Assembly: GCA_003344405.1 (NCBI GenBank)
Contig: NOWV01000159.1
Coordinates: forward strand, 124,001-181,153
DNA from: Trichoplax sp. H2
Taxonomy: Eukaryota
Reading direction: 5' to 3'
Length of the DNA stretch: 57,153 nucleotides
A program made the position numbers and the translations under genes. A model generated the notes under the pieces. The model was not told where the DNA came from. It did not search any database and saw nothing but the letters and a program-made list of their open reading frames with translations. Positions 12,322 through 27,100 of the stretch are shown in pieces. Within the stretch, counting starts at the first letter, position 1. Every line of letters begins with the position of its first letter.

Positions 12322-14540
12322 CGCAATACTCTTTATGTTTGTGTGCGCGTGCAATAATAAATCCCCTTCATCTGCCTCATTAGAACAGAGTGATGCGCGA
12401 AGGGTATTTATACGTTCTACAGGATGCATAGTGATTTTATACTAAGTATCTTGAGTGAAAGCTAATTACAGCTGGGCATATTGGTTACATGCAATTAAAT
12501 TAGGTGAAACTAATATTTTGTGCAGCGTCTATCGCATCTGTCTTTGAATTTTGAAATATAGAAACATCAAGGTATTCGATATAGTACTAGTACAGGGCCA
12601 TATGTTCAACTTATATTGCTGTAATCGGTAAGAATAGCCAGAAAAAAACGTGGAAAATTTTATGAGATTTAGTGCGAAGATAGGTCAATTAGTAAGTTTC
12701 ACCTCTTCGTACAGAGTACATTTGGTCTGAAGTTAGAAGTCAAATTAAAACATAGCATTACAGTAGAAACTAGACGTTCAAGTTGATAACGGTGTAATTA
12801 AAAATGAGATAGCGATAGGAGTAAACTCTTTTGGTGGAATACACAACAACTCATATCTACGAATACAATAAGAACGATAATATGAGACCTGCAATAATTA
12901 TGCTTAATTATGAAGTCTATTTAATTGGTATTGATTAAGTTCATGAAATATAGGATATTACAGGATAGTTATGGATGATACGAAGAGATTCCCGGAATGA
13001 GAAGGATATGTTTAAATACGAAGTAGTACAATTACAATTTAAGCCGAGTATTTTCTGTACAGTACATAGGTTGCTTTGTATCTGAATTGATGGTACCTGG
13101 AGTTTAGTAGATTCGGCAATATTGTTTTCTAATATTTGGGTTAAAGACGTTTGCACGATTTATTAGTAATAAAGTAGTACTGAACACCTTTATATAGAAT
13201 GTATTTTCCAATAGTGTTCTTACCTCATCACCATAAACTTTGTCAGTTTTCCGTAGCTGATACTCACTATTGGTTGTTGATGACCGTTGTAGCGATAAAA
13301 AATGCCTTCTTTTATTCATTAGTCCAGAAATTCTAAATTTGTATCATACTTTTCAATTCTCATCGTAAACTGAATATCATTGCATTTCATGTATACTAGT
13401 ACAGTTTCAGGAATTTAAGAGGTATATCTAGAGATTTTTAGATATACCCATTCTCCCTAGTATACATAGTGCTGTAGTTGAAATGATAAAATCATTTTAG
13501 TCGTACTTACTGCTATGTATCACGGCTGAGCGTGGCTTTTGGAAAATATAGAGTTCGTATATGGAAATTAGGCCAAAAATAAAACGAAATTTCTTAGGTA
13601 CCAGCAACCGGCTTCTTATACACAGTAGCATATCTGGCCAGTCTGCTGTAATATTTTCGGATATCAGGTTCAGTTAGTAAAGTGAGAGATGGAAATTGAG
13701 GAGAGGATCAATTTATTAGAAGCAAGTAGCAAAGAGGCAACTAAACATGAAAAGCAGAAGTCATATAAGAGGATTGCAATAGAACTGAATTCTCAATTGA
13801 TTATGCAGCTTATACCGTATATTTTCGAAGTTGCTGTATAAAGTATGTAGTGAGAGGTTATACTAACATTATACTTTCTATGGTATTAATATGTACTCTG
13901 TATAGTCAGTATGATGAGCGTTAGAGGTTCCGGTTCGGTATTAGTGAATGTGATAAATCGCTAATTGTCGATACGCGTACGTAATATTACGCTAAAAGTA
14001 AAGTAGCAGGCTTTAATGAATAAAGTTTAAATCGAATATAAATCAATAACGATTAATTGATTGTTAAATAAGTATTATTTTCTAATTTTTATTAATTTAG
14101 TATTCTAGTTAACTAATCTCTGGAAGAATATTTTTAAAATGGTAGAGTTATATCTGTTTCTTAATCGCAGCGGATGTGTAATATGATCTTGAGAAATATC
14201 TGCGAGTTCTTCAAAGGAGGGTGGACAGGATTCTGCACATTGTCTATGAAATAATAATAAGGGCTATCCATAGTTCCTGTCTATTGCTAGTACTAGTAGC
14301 TGTTTACCGTATAAATACTTTGTCAAGAGTGAGTTATGAGTTAATAACAGAGTGTTAATTCTTATTCTTATCAGCTTTAATTTGATCATGTAAAGAGATA
14401 GTAGAAAACTTGCTAAAACTCATAGAGCAAGGTAATTTCTTATGCACATACTGAAACATGCAGATTTATGTTTGTTATATTCCATACATATTAAATAACG
14501 AATTAAAATAAATTTAATAGCAGACAATCGTTCTTACCAT
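12322..14540 (-). CDS. Probable 5' exons of the EF-hand gene (order and phase uncertain)
   Basis: ACCATG|GTAAGA first-exon-like donor at 14540-14537. Open exon 13332-13224 (ISGLMNKRRHFLSLQ...YGDE|GTAAG). Further candidates at 13128-13097, 12727-12704 and 12416-12322. The start codon could be 14540 or 13319. Confidence 0.42.
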
Positions 14541-14589
14541 GGTCAGTAGCTTTTGAAGTTTAAATTAAAGGCATGGACATGCAGTATTC

Positions 14590-15670
14590 AATGTCTACAG
14601 TACAGTATAGTACTATCCAGTTACTTGTTACTATAGCAACAGAATCTGTTTATGAATCTGACAGGCTATACACACAGTATGCTGTACAGTACAGTATACA
14701 GTATCACCGGCTGATTCACTGCACGATTTTAATGCAGCATGGAGAAGTTATAATAGCTGAACAAGGCCCAGAAAAGTACAGTATAGCGCTGAAAGGGTAT
14801 TTTAACTTTAAACACTACATTAAAGGGTTAAGATGAGATACTGTACTGTACAGTACAGTATGCTCAGTTGAATACAAGTACAGTACAAGCGTGATCCTTT
14901 TCTTTTTAGATAAATCAACACTAATGTTTTGCGATATTTTGTATGAACTGTACTTACGGTATAAGTAGTGTACAGTACTGTACTGGAATAATTGACACCT
15001 CTAGTAACCTAGTACTGTACCATGCTAACAGAAGCGGAAGAGGGAGGGACGGAGCACTCATCTTTACACAAAAATGTGTGGCTTGAGTCAGGTAGAGCGA
15101 TATTATTTTTGTAAAGGCACGCCTCTACGCTATGTACCGTACAGTACAGTATGGCATACACACAGTTGTTACCTGTGTAATGTTACCGGATTGTCTACAG
15201 TACTCGCAAAGGATGCTTCTGATACGTGTACAGTAGAGGATAAGATAGATATTTTTTTTATTTATTAGTATCTCAGATAGAGAAAAGAAGACTCAGAGGA
15301 AGGTTTAGGTTGAAGTACAGTATGTAGCAGACTGAGCGTATTCAGGATATACACTATACAGTACTATACTGTACATACTAAGATATTTATGATATGATAT
15401 TTATTCATAAACTGTACATTTTACTTCTAATTCTTGAGTTTATGAGTTTATGTACATGTACAGTATGATAAAACGGTAACGCGTAATATGGAACGCCTGT
15501 ATCGTACATTCACTGTACGTGCGGTGCTATACGTTCGATATGATACTTCATTATGCTACAACGTGTATTGTACAGTACAGTGTGGTAGTATGCAATCTGT
15601 ATCGACTGTGCACTGTTCAGTGTACAGTACCGCATTGACATTGTTAGCTTTGCAGAAGTACAGTACATTA
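14590..15670. repeat. (TACAG)n/(CTGTA)n-rich block; likely divergent promoter region of the EF-hand gene and SYT1
   Basis: Repeated TACAG/CTGTA arrays at ~14595-14612, 14680-14703, 14838-14888, 14968-14985, 15135-15150, 15355-15375 and 15568-15668. Confidence 0.85.
14627..14640. promoter_or_regulatory. RFX X-box
   Basis: GTTACT-AT-AGCAAC fits the 14-bp X-box consensus RTHNYY-WT-RRNRAC. It lies ~90 bp upstream of the EF-hand gene's putative first exon. Confidence 0.7.
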
Positions 15671-17870
15671 TAATAATAGTGCAATGTTCGATTGCTCTGT
15701 TACTGTTACCTATTTTTTCTTGTCTGTCTGTGAATGTTGCCTACACTATCTCACTTCTGCCTAAAGCTTCCTTGTGATCAATTCTCCGCAAGAATAAATT
15801 CTTCCTTTGCTCTAAGATCTAAAGTGTATCTCATTGATTTCACTGAAGGTCTATCTACTATATCTTCATAAACATACTAACACTTGTTAAGGGCCAAGTC
15901 TTGACGCGTGCAATGTTGGGAAAACTATTTCTTTCTTTTTATAAAACTAAATCCTAACCTTTTCCACTTGCCCCAAATAAAGGAACTACATATAGGTCAA
16001 CCTTGTACTACAAAAAAACGCGTTTTTCGTTTTTCTAATGAAAGTAAACCTACCTTATTACGATAATGTGTATACCCGTTGTTATAAGCAGCGTGTGTAT
16101 TATCGTTAATTTAAGACGGTTATGATTGCTATACATTTCAACTTGAAGTTATATCGTTTATTTATTAGATTAACGGGGCCAATTTGTGATGTACCATATA
16201 CATGAATAACTCATTAACTAGTCATTTGAATTAATATAGGAGAAAAGTGATATCTAGAACTGGAAGCGCTCATGCCCATGTACAGTTACATACAGTAATA
16301 CAATTATCGTAGTTCCATGCTTGGCTAATATATAGAAATGTACCTTGTATTTGTGTTTTCTCTCTAACATTATGATTAATTATTAATAGTAGGATGAGCC
16401 CATTACGGTACTTTAACACGAATCAGTAATGATTTCTTGGTAACAAAGAAATCGATCTAAATTTAGATTATTCATTCATAGAATTCATAAATTATTGGGC
16501 GGGTGCAGATGAAGTATATAAATAATTGACGTAAGTAGATCTTTTGTCAGCGAATGTGCGTTGCTAAGGCTGACTTTATAAGTATCTACGCAGGTGTTCA
16601 GAGTTGCCGTACTGCTGTACTGTATATCAATCGCAAGAGTATAGACAATTCCATTCTATTTATACTTCGACTAGAATCTTTTAAACAAAGGTCGCTGTCT
16701 TATTATCGTCTTGTTTTAAAATTTAGCAAGTCGGCAACGGCGTAAAATGTCATATCTGAACGATAACGTTTTCCCAGTTATCCAATCGTTGTAACGGCCA
16801 ATGCTATCACCAGGTCAAAGTAGTTAAAAGCACTTGATAAACCAGTATTTGGCGAAGTAAGTAAAGGTAACAAGTTTGTTCCTTAAAAAAATATTACCCG
16901 AACGACGTTCTAATATTATTTATAAAACGTAGCAAGGTCTACGTAAGAACAACACGGTAAGTTAGAGTGATTTTGATATTGACTAACTAAAGCAAATTAT
17001 TGACATTAAATGTGTATACTCTCGCCGGTTCATAAATTTGAGATCCTTCGCAAATAGCAATTCCTGATTTCACTTGCGACTTTTTTATTTCAATATTTAA
17101 TCTCAGAATGTGATCATTGATCAAAATTCGTATAAAAACAGCGTGAAAAAACTTTAAATCCTACATTTTATTGGAAAATTATTATTTAAAGGAATTGAAA
17201 GCAAAAACATTAATTTATTTTAAGAGAAAATGATTGTAGTTGTTACTGTGAATGATAAGGTAGAAAGAGTTATATCTGTTTCTATTCAAAGACATATAGC
17301 CTAAGTCACTTTACAAAATCAGAATCACTGAGTTAGTAATATCAAAATAATAACGAAATAACCAAAAATGTAGATAACTCGCAATGATCTAGCGCTGTTT
17401 ATTAATTCAAAATTTTGTCCCGAAACACTACTTTAGCTAATGATTACGTACGATATGTATGGATAAGTTTCATGTAGTATATCTATTCGGCAATCTGTAT
17501 GAGAAGCAGTTATGTATACGATAGTATACCATTTATCAACTTTAAATAAATGAGAAGCTGTCATAGACATCAAGTAACGAATGCTATGTAGAGCAAAATT
17601 AGAAATGAGAAAATATTCGTATATCAATTTAGATGTCGAACAATTTTAGGAGCAATATAGAGTATTATTAGTGTCTAATCGTCCGCGGAATATAAATCCT
17701 TTGCTTATTTTGAAAGATAAGAATGACGATGTTACGGTAGTTCGTTATCTTGATCCTACAGTATTACATGAAAAGCAGATTATATTGATTAACATTTAAA
17801 ATATACTTTCCTTTGATAGTTCTAGATTTTACTCTCAGCGTACTGCGAGAGATAGCCTATCTGTTGTAGT

Positions 17871-19536
17871 ATGGTCTCTACAACTAGCAGCATCTATCAA
17901 ACTACAACGTCTACGGGGCATTTACCGCAGTGGTTAAAAAATTTTCCATGTAAGATAACTTATTGCATACTTATTTTACGAATGTGTAGATTTGTGCTTT
18001 ATAAATATTAAATGTGCTGGCCTGTTTAGATTCTTGTATGTATCACGATACAGTACAATATTTCGATTAGGCGATTTGGATGTTAATGCCGATATCATTT
18101 TTACTTCGATAAATACATTTTAGTGCCATTGCCAGCAATAATAGCGATAGCCGTAGCATGTGCTGTGCTTGTGTTCGCTTTAGTATTATGTATATGCTGT
18201 AAATGCTGTTGCAGAAGAAAAAAGCCAAAAAACGATAAAACTAAGCAAGGTTTCAAAGAAAAAGTTAGTTTACAGTCAGCGCAATCTTTGGGAGTAAGCT
18301 TAAAAGAGCGAGTTCAACCAGAAGTTGAAGGAGTGAATAAAGAAATGGAATTAGAATCAAAGCAAATAGACCCTTCTGAATATGTTGGGGAATTAAAATA
18401 TGCAATGGAATACGACTTTCAATCTTCCGAGTTAACTATTACCGTTTTGGAGGGAAAAAATTTTCCAGTAATGGATATAGGTGGAGCTTCAGACCCTTAT
18501 GTTAAAATTTATCTTTTACCAGATCGAAAGAAAAAATTGGTTACTAAAGTTCAGTACAAAACGCTAAATCCGATATTTAATGAATCAGTAACAATTAAAG
18601 TACCATACAGTGAATTACAAAATAGAACAGTACTATTCTCAGTATATGATCATGATAGATTTTCTAGACATGATGTTATCGGCCATTTACGTATTCCAAT
18701 CGCAGACGTAGATTTGTGCGAAAACTTAGAGCAATGGTCTGCACTGGAAAAGGCAGACTCAAGCAAGGAGGTATGAGTTTTAGCTGTCGGTTAGAACAGA
18801 TGTTCATATTGACTCTTTGCAACTTACATTCTACTAGCTCACACCGCTAAACGTAGGGTTATTATAATTAACCGCTATTTTTATTAACCCTAACCCAATG
18901 ATTGACACAGGGGAAATCGGAACTTGGTGAGTTATGTTTCTCCTTACGATATGTCCCAACCGGTGGAAAATTAACTATTGGAATTATGGAAGCTAAAGGA
19001 TTAAAAAAGATGGATGTCGGAGGATCGTCGGGTAAGACTATACATAACCAGCTATAGGCGCGTTCGACATGCGACACTTTTTTTAATCTTAAACTGTTAC
19101 AAAGCCTGAATTGTATTATAGCTGCATTGTCGATACATAATGTAATACGAGTATACGAGGTATTATAATTTAAGTAAAATCACAACTTCTTATAGAAATT
19201 ATGTTCGTTAACTGAAAAATTACATATCTAGATCCATACGTCAAAATTTCGTTAATTATTGATGGTAAGAGGATAAAGAAGAAAAAGACTATTGTAAAGA
19301 AGAGAACATTAGATCCTGTTTGGAACGAAGCGTATATGTTTAAAGTACCTTTCGAAAAAATTAAAGACACAAAAATTGTCTTGGCAGTAATGGACCATGA
19401 CAGGCTTGGTAAAAGTGACCTTATAGGGCAAGTCGTGGTAGGGGGGTCTGAATCAGGAGCTGAGTTGCGTCATTGGAGTGATATGCTGTCGTCTCCTAGA
19501 AGGCCGATAGCTCAATGGCATGTTCTCGTCGATTAA
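17871..19536 (+). CDS. SYT1: Synaptotagmin-1-like Ca2+ sensor, 383 aa
   Basis: Exons 17871-17949, 18124-18770, 18911-19031 and 19232-19536. Ser/Thr-rich luminal N-terminus, TM helix and Cys cluster CICCKCCC. C2[13 protein letters not shown]...[14 protein letters not shown]2B: MDVGGSSDPYVK...KKKKT...[14 protein letters not shown]-terminal [20 protein letters not shown] is typical of Syt1. Confidence 0.93.
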
Positions 19537-20619
19537 ATGGTGTGAATTTTAGGATTAAAGTAAAGTTAAAATTATAGTCGCTATCTGGAGAGTTGCAAAT
19601 ATTTAATTAATAGACGCTCTAGTGCCATTAATAAAATGATAATTTGTTGATTGAAGAACTTTAATTTTGAGTGGCAAAAATAAACACAATACGATAGAAT
19701 AAATGAAAGAGATAGTATTCTGGATGTTAAAGATTTTCAATCAAATACGTATAATAAAATCAGATATCACAATAGCTTTATTGAAACGTATAAGAAAGTA
19801 CATGTAGCTTGAATGTTACACAAATGCTGCTTGTAAATATGCAGTTATCGAATTTAATTCCGATCACACTTAAAACTAAGACAGCACGAGGTCCCATTTC
19901 ATTTACTGTGCGTAGATATCTGAAATTCTGAATTGATTTACAGTTAGTTATCGTTTTAGTGTAATGACTTCGATATGTTCGTTATAAACTGTCATACAAA
20001 CAGCTCCAACAAATTGTTGTATTAACTATATGCTGTAGTATGGCATGAGTATTATAATTAGATGTGTAATCGTAAGACTCACTATACATAAAATTACGAA
20101 TGTATCACATTTTGGAGAAAGAGGTGGGTTTTGTCACTAGTAAATGCAGTCTAGTATTCTGATGCGAACATCAAATTTACGATTTACGACACGTTAATAT
20201 CACTTACTGAATACAGTATTGTTGTAAATGGCATTTACGGAGCAGTGCCACAAACAACTAGCATATCTACTTATTTATTTATTTATTATATAACAGTGTA
20301 CAGAATAGCGACTTCGTGCACGATTACGTTATTGATCATGTGATTAGAAATAATCTATCATAATATAAGGATCTGTGCCTCTGGATCTTGATAATAGAAA
20401 CGTTTAAGGTGCAGCTTCACTAGTGGATATGCATGCGACTTCATACCAATAAGAATAAAAGAACTCAGAAAAGCTTATATAAACAACAACAATCCTTGCG
20501 TAAATGAGCTTAAACGAATATGTGTTTTTGGCTTCAATTAATAAATGAAAAAGAATAGGATTGACAATTTCCACGATATGTAACGATTTAAGGTGTATTT
20601 ACCGGTGACTAACTACGCC

Positions 20620-20880
20620 AAGTACTGTACTTACGCTGTACCTTGACCTGCCTGCTGCCTGTACCTGTATTGAGATCATATTGATTCTGACAGTTATAAC
20701 TGATATCAGCGCAACTGGCGCAACTCTGGTTCGTAATTTACTGTACAGTACTGTACTGTACTGTATACTGTACAATAGTCTTTTGCAGCAGTACAGTACA
20801 GTACTGTACAGTACAAGTATACTGTACTATACTGTACTGTAGGCTCAGTATCGTACTGTACAGTACAGTACAGTTTACGA
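20620..20880. repeat. (TACAG)n/(CTGTA)n block upstream of CEP290
   Basis: Dense head-to-head pentamer arrays at 20738-20873, ~300 bp upstream of the CEP290 start. Confidence 0.9.
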
Positions 20881-21180
20881 ACGTACGATATAGCGGAGCT
20901 CGGCATGCGCATCTGCGATTATACAGTGTACATTTTTATTTACAATAGTGCACTCCGATGAGCAGGAGCAAAACGAATTTACTACTGTATTTCTGCAGTT
21001 CGGGAATTTGCCAGTGAAGGCTGAAAACTATTTAATTAAGCTAGGTAAAAAAGCCTGATTTACGATGTAAAGAAAACTGGCATTAGCATACCGATTGAGA
21101 TTATTAATTGCCTAATTGAAATGCGAAATTAATTTACCAAAGTAGCTATGTATAGATTTTAATTAACATACTGTTACAGA

Positions 21181-24100
21181 ATGTCTTCTAGGTTGCGGCC
21201 AGGTAGAAGAAAGCGAGCAGAGGCCCCTAGTACTAGCGGTCAGCCACTCAACGAAAATACTGAAGCTGTGCAAGATGGAATTATTAACTGGGGAAAACTT
21301 AAAAAAATACGTTCTGAAACGTTAACAGCTGCGGACGAATTATTTATTAAAGATATGTTGAAAGTATTGGTGTAGTATTTAGTGTCATAATCATACAAGA
21401 TTTTAAAGTAATATGATAAGACTCGATTCACATCGACCCTTATTTTATAATATTTCTATTTACTGTATAGATCCAATTTACAGAGAGTGAAATAGAAGCA
21501 ATTAACATCAAACAAACGACCCTCTTACTGAACGTACTGAAAACATTTGCAAGGGTATCAATTACTTGATCGTAAATTTTGTAAAATATAATTTGATATG
21601 TATGCATAGTGCTCTAAGTTACTCATGTTTATACTATACGGTGGTTCTATTGGTAGTATCAACAACCGTAAAACTCTCACACTCTTTCATTATATACTCG
21701 TATTAGAATAAATTGGAAAAAGTTACAGAAACTGAAAGAGAGACTGAGAAATGGATTAGCAAATTTAGAACTACAGGTTGTGCATTTTGTAGAAGTATTT
21801 TTATGAAATTTAAATAGCTAACCAGTGAATACGACATAAAGATTAGCTGTGTTATAATCTGCTTATATCGTTACAGAACAGGAATTACTCAAGGAGCTTC
21901 ATCAACTTGAGAATGAGCGTGATGAAATACAGGTGGTAATACATATGTACAGTAACTCCTACATCAGTAGGTAGTCTCATGTCCTTTATCATTTATAGCA
22001 AGCTACTGTAGCACAAGCGGGAAGTGGTCGCGAATTAATATTGCTTATCAGTGAAAAAAAAGAATTACAAAGGAAAATTCAGGTTTTATTTAGAATCATT
22101 TCCTTATTAAAAAGCTCAGTAGGTTCATTTTAAAGTTTATAAGCTCTGTAATTTGTAGTCACTTGAACTTAGACTAAGAGAAACAGAGAAACAATCTAAT
22201 GATTATCAAGAAATCAACAATAGGGTAAACAAGTGATTGATAATTGTAAGATTTCTAGCTTAAATATTTTTAGGGCTACACGGCTAGCAGTCAATCATAC
22301 TAGCAGTTAATGTATATGAGCTGATGTATACACATACATATACATGTATGTTTATATGAATATATATGTTATACGGATATTGCATACAATATATATATAT
22401 ATATGTGAATAGTTCTGAAATCCTCAGCGAGAATTATCAACAAACAGTTAACCAAAATTATCAATACTTTTCAGTTGCAAGAGGATCTCACATTTTCTCA
22501 GGATCGAATAACTGAACTCAAGCTTGAAGTAGGTGACTTAGTCATGTAGGACTCTGTACTGCCTTTCTCTCGATTTGATACCGTATTTTTACAAGTGTGA
22601 TAGGCTTCATTCGGATGTCAGAGAGTACCAGCAACAATTGCAAACGCAGGTATAAAATCATTTAAATTGCCGAAGCAATGCTTTAAATCATAAGACTGAT
22701 GTCTAATTATCCAATCTATTTAAATGTGTATATATAAATACACAAAAAATTTATACTGCTACATACTCGTATAGGGTAATAGTCTGCAGCTGAAACATCA
22801 TGGAAGTGATATTGAAATCAAAGAAAAAATGAGGACTAGAAACCGTGAACTTTCGCAAGCTCTCGATGAAAATAACGTAAGCAACTATTAGTACCAGTAT
22901 AGTCTCTTTGACAAAATTTTTGATCACTTCTTATATATATAGTTAGATAATATGCAAATAATTGATATACAGTTTGCTTCTCAAATACTGTTTTTTACGA
23001 ATCTATATGCTATACTGTATTTATATTTCTTAAACGAAAGAGACTGCGCAATGAAAATTTGGAACTCACTGAAATAATCAGAAAATTAACGAAGCAAGAG
23101 GAGCAGTATGTTCAAGAAATGGACAAAACTACAATTAAAATCAATAACTTTAAGGTATTTCTAGATGCGTGTTCTTGGGTTGCACACGGTCGCTAGTAGA
23201 TTCCGATCGTGATTATAACCGCTTTAATATTGTTCTTAAATTAAAGTAAACTTTATCTTGAGTAGGAATCAATACTGAATACTAATGCGCTTCTTGATAA
23301 AGCTGCGAAAGAAAGAGATTATTACAAACTAAAGGTTACGTTAAAGCCACATGAACTACATGTGCTATTATACTTGGCAGGCTAATCAATATTTTATTAG
23401 GATTTAAATTATCATTAAGTATCATTAAGATGCTGTAATACTGAACGATATAGTACAGTAGACCACTACAGTATGTTATGGAAGCATTGGTTGATTACAA
23501 TTAAAGTTTCGATCTTTTTTTGAATTAATAACGGTTTTTAGAAGATTGTGAAACTTACAGGATTCATCTATACGATTTAATACAGGTGGAAGAATTATTA
23601 CAATTTTCCAATAAGAAATCAGACCTAGAGAATGAAGTTATGAAAGCTGTTAGTCTGCGAGCGAAGGAATGGCAGGTAAATTCATATTAAACCGATAAAA
23701 CCATGTATGTTTATACTGTGATTGATTATATTACTTTAATATTACTGGAAAGTATCGGTTAAAAACCATAAAATGAAGTGATAATTAATATACGATCGGC
23801 TGTAAATCTGAGATTCAATACATTAAGAATTCACGTACAGAAGCCTAGTATCAGCGAATATTGTAATTGCAATGTATCTACTATACGTTGGGTTACAAAG
23901 AATGCTTGGAATACAAGAATTTTTTAATTCATCTTTTTAGGATGAGATTAACAAAAAGGATGGAGAAGTTTTGAAGTCTGAAACGGTAATTAAAGAACTT
24001 CGAGAACAACTAACAGCTTACCAAATGGACACAGATCGTGCATCGGTTACGGCGCTTACGCAAGCATTGGTAGAAAAGGACCAACAAATTCATACTATGC

Positions 24101-27100
24101 AGAAGGAAATAACCGTAATGACAGAAGAATTAAACGCAGTTGCAGCCCAAATGGAAGATCTAAAAGAAGAAAGGGGTAGCTACCATTGGTAGTGTAGTTT
24201 GATTACAGTTCTAAATATTATACATTAAGATTGAAATTGTATTTTATTGAATTAAGGAAGCGCTTTTCAAGTAAAGCATATTGATCAGATAAACATTTTG
24301 CAAAAAACGAATAAAGAATTGGAAAGAAATTTGAAACTTGAGCAAGAACGCTCTAGAAAGGCCGAGGAAGAGGCTTACGAAAAGGATAAGCAATTAAATG
24401 ATGCTTTGAGTCGAATGTTGCAATATGAAACGGTAACGACATTTAATTACTTTTGTATTAGTCCAATTTGGTAATAGTTGAATTTAATTTTTGCAGGGTG
24501 AATACGGTTTGACGGACGCCGTTAAAGAGATTAAAGACTGCAAACAACAAATACGTTTGAGGGATGCGTAAGTTGATGGGCCCGTAACGTTAAGGTCTTC
24601 TTTTTATCTTTTCTTTAAGCTTCAACAATTCTCAACAGAGACATACAAACACTAACTCAAGACGTAAATAAACTCATGATGGAAATTAATGACATAAATG
24701 ACGAAAATGAAGAGTTAAGAAGCAGAATTGGCCTTAGCCCAAGAGAGTACGTGAACGTAGAAGAAATTATGAAGAGAAAGGCGAATCAAAGAGATCAGGA
24801 AAAGGCACTAAACAGAGTATTGACAGGAGAGGTAAATTAAAATTAAGCAAAGTGCGTCGTCTTACCATTCTGACTTTAGTATGTCTTTTTGGTCAAAAAT
24901 GACAGATTGAACGTCTAGAGGAAGAAAGAATCCAACTGAAGAAGAGATTGCGTTTGCAAGCAATGCAAGCAATGCAGAAACAAAATTCGTTAGAAGGGTT
25001 TGTCCGTTTTAATTATCTTAGAAGATGTATGAGAAATCTAGGATTTACTTTTTGCTGAAATGCAACGTTTTAAGGGCTAATACAATAAAAATAAATTATC
25101 TTAGATATGAAGTCAATAAATTGTTACCTGATGAGCTATTACCGTCTGAAAAATCAGCAGAAATAGCTGCGAAATCTTTCAATGATTCTACGACAGAACG
25201 AAATCAAGGACAACTCGATTTAACCAGTAAGGTAAATTAGAGCTTTAAATTAGTGATAGTCTCTTCTCTGTAGTTGTTATTACATTCAGTTATTTAAAAT
25301 AATATAAAAGTTGATGGTATCGTCGAGGGAAAGGTTATAACGATATAGCGCAAAAGCGTTTACATTTTTGCCCTATACTGGATTACATGTCGTAACGAAA
25401 ACTTTCGATTATAATTACAACTATACAATGTCAGTGCTCACAGCAACAACAGGAATTGATCACGAATGGACTGCTTATCAAAGAATTAAAATCTAAAACA
25501 ATTAATTACACCTCTCAGATAAAGGTATCAATTGCTAGTGATTAGACTGCTTTGTCTGACTTTCATTGAAATAGACATTAGCAGTCCTTCTGAATTATGC
25601 GGTCATTATATTTATCATCAGAAATTAGAAGAAGACTGTGAAATATTATTAACTGCCCTTAAGGAGTTGTTACAAATAATACGGTCAAACAAACACTGTA
25701 AGTAAATTTTAACACAAGTTGAAATACGCTGATTACTATCGTTAACTGTTTGAATAAATATAATCTAATTTGCTGATTATATATGATATGTAGCTGAAGA
25801 GATTTTAAATCACGATAGTGTTCCTCAAATCCTAAAGGTAACGCGTATGCTTGTATGCATGAGTAACTTTAAAAGGCAGTACTTTCTATAAGAATATTTT
25901 TGCATACTGACTATGTTACATAGTGACCTCGTTGTTGTGCCATACTGTACAGAGGTTTTCTCTAGATGTAATATATATAGACCATAGGAAGTATTAGTAT
26001 GACGAGACGCCGATGTAATTACGGTAACAAATAATAATTAACTATACCAAAACTATCATACATCAAATAGTCTTAGTGGATTATATAAGTAAATGCATAT
26101 GCTGTATATAGGTATCTGTATGGTATATATGGCCATATAATAGATAGCTTTGAAAGTTTTTAACTGAACTTATGTTATCTATTTAGCTATTAGAAAGTAA
26201 TAACCTCAAAGACAGTCGTGATTTAGACTCTAAATTTCAGCAATTGCAGGTGACATCAGTAGGAAAAGACAGGTATAAAATTCAATCTTAATAGGTAACA
26301 AATAAATATACTTTTTACTCAACACACCCTTTAGATTGCGCATCTTAATGGGCATGTAGAAGAGCTTAGAACGCAAGCTGAAAAGATTCATGCTCAAAAC
26401 AGATCGTTAACCATGCAATGTGACAGGTTGAAGCTAAAAGTATGTACATTTATAGTACATAAGAGAGTCTCCTGCTTGTAAAATATGCATTATTCAATCG
26501 GTGTGTTAGCAATACGAATACAATATTAAGCTCTTCTATCCACATTGCACAATTAGTATACAAATTTGGAGAAGGATTACGCAAGTTTAATGGAAGAAGG
26601 TAGACATTTATAAGTGTAGTAACGGTACTATTGTATTTATACATATATTGTAGTAAAACATTATAAGATTAAGTAATTAAAGTACTTACAAATTTATATA
26701 TATTCATTATATATGCATTTTATAAGTTCCATCAAATAAGCAGCGAACGAAGCTCTTTCCTGAAGGACTATCACGATCATCTACTTCATTAATAGGGACA
26801 CTATCAGAATATTTATTAATTCTATTGCAGGTCATTGAAATAAACGAAGTATTGAACTGGAGTCTTACAAAAATATGTGCAATTTTTAAATTTAACAATT
26901 TATTAATGTTTCAATTTGTTTTAAACAATATCGATATATATTCACCATACTTTATTGTAGGAATTATCCTTATGCCAAGGGAGGGAGGAAACTCTACGTA
27001 TTCGCTTGGATAATTTTAAAAGAATTATACAACTCCATAAAGAAAAGCAGGTTCTTAAGATCTAAATAGAGTAGGTTAGAAAATGTAACTATAAAAGTAC

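Noticed and set aside
13689-13841. 50-aa plus-strand ORF (MEIEERINLLE...EKQKSYKRIAIEL) faintly like the endonuclease tail of non-LTR retrotransposons
   Set aside because: No convincing PD motif, zinc knuckle or RT sequence nearby; too short to support.
14144-17282. 18-bp match AGAGTTATATCTGTTTCT at ~14144 and ~17265
   Set aside because: Short, AT-rich and not extendable; may be chance.
20600-21180. Expected X-box upstream of CEP290; GGCATGCGCA NRF1-like site at 20902-20911
   Set aside because: No canonical X-box found by eye, and the NRF1-like match is only partial.
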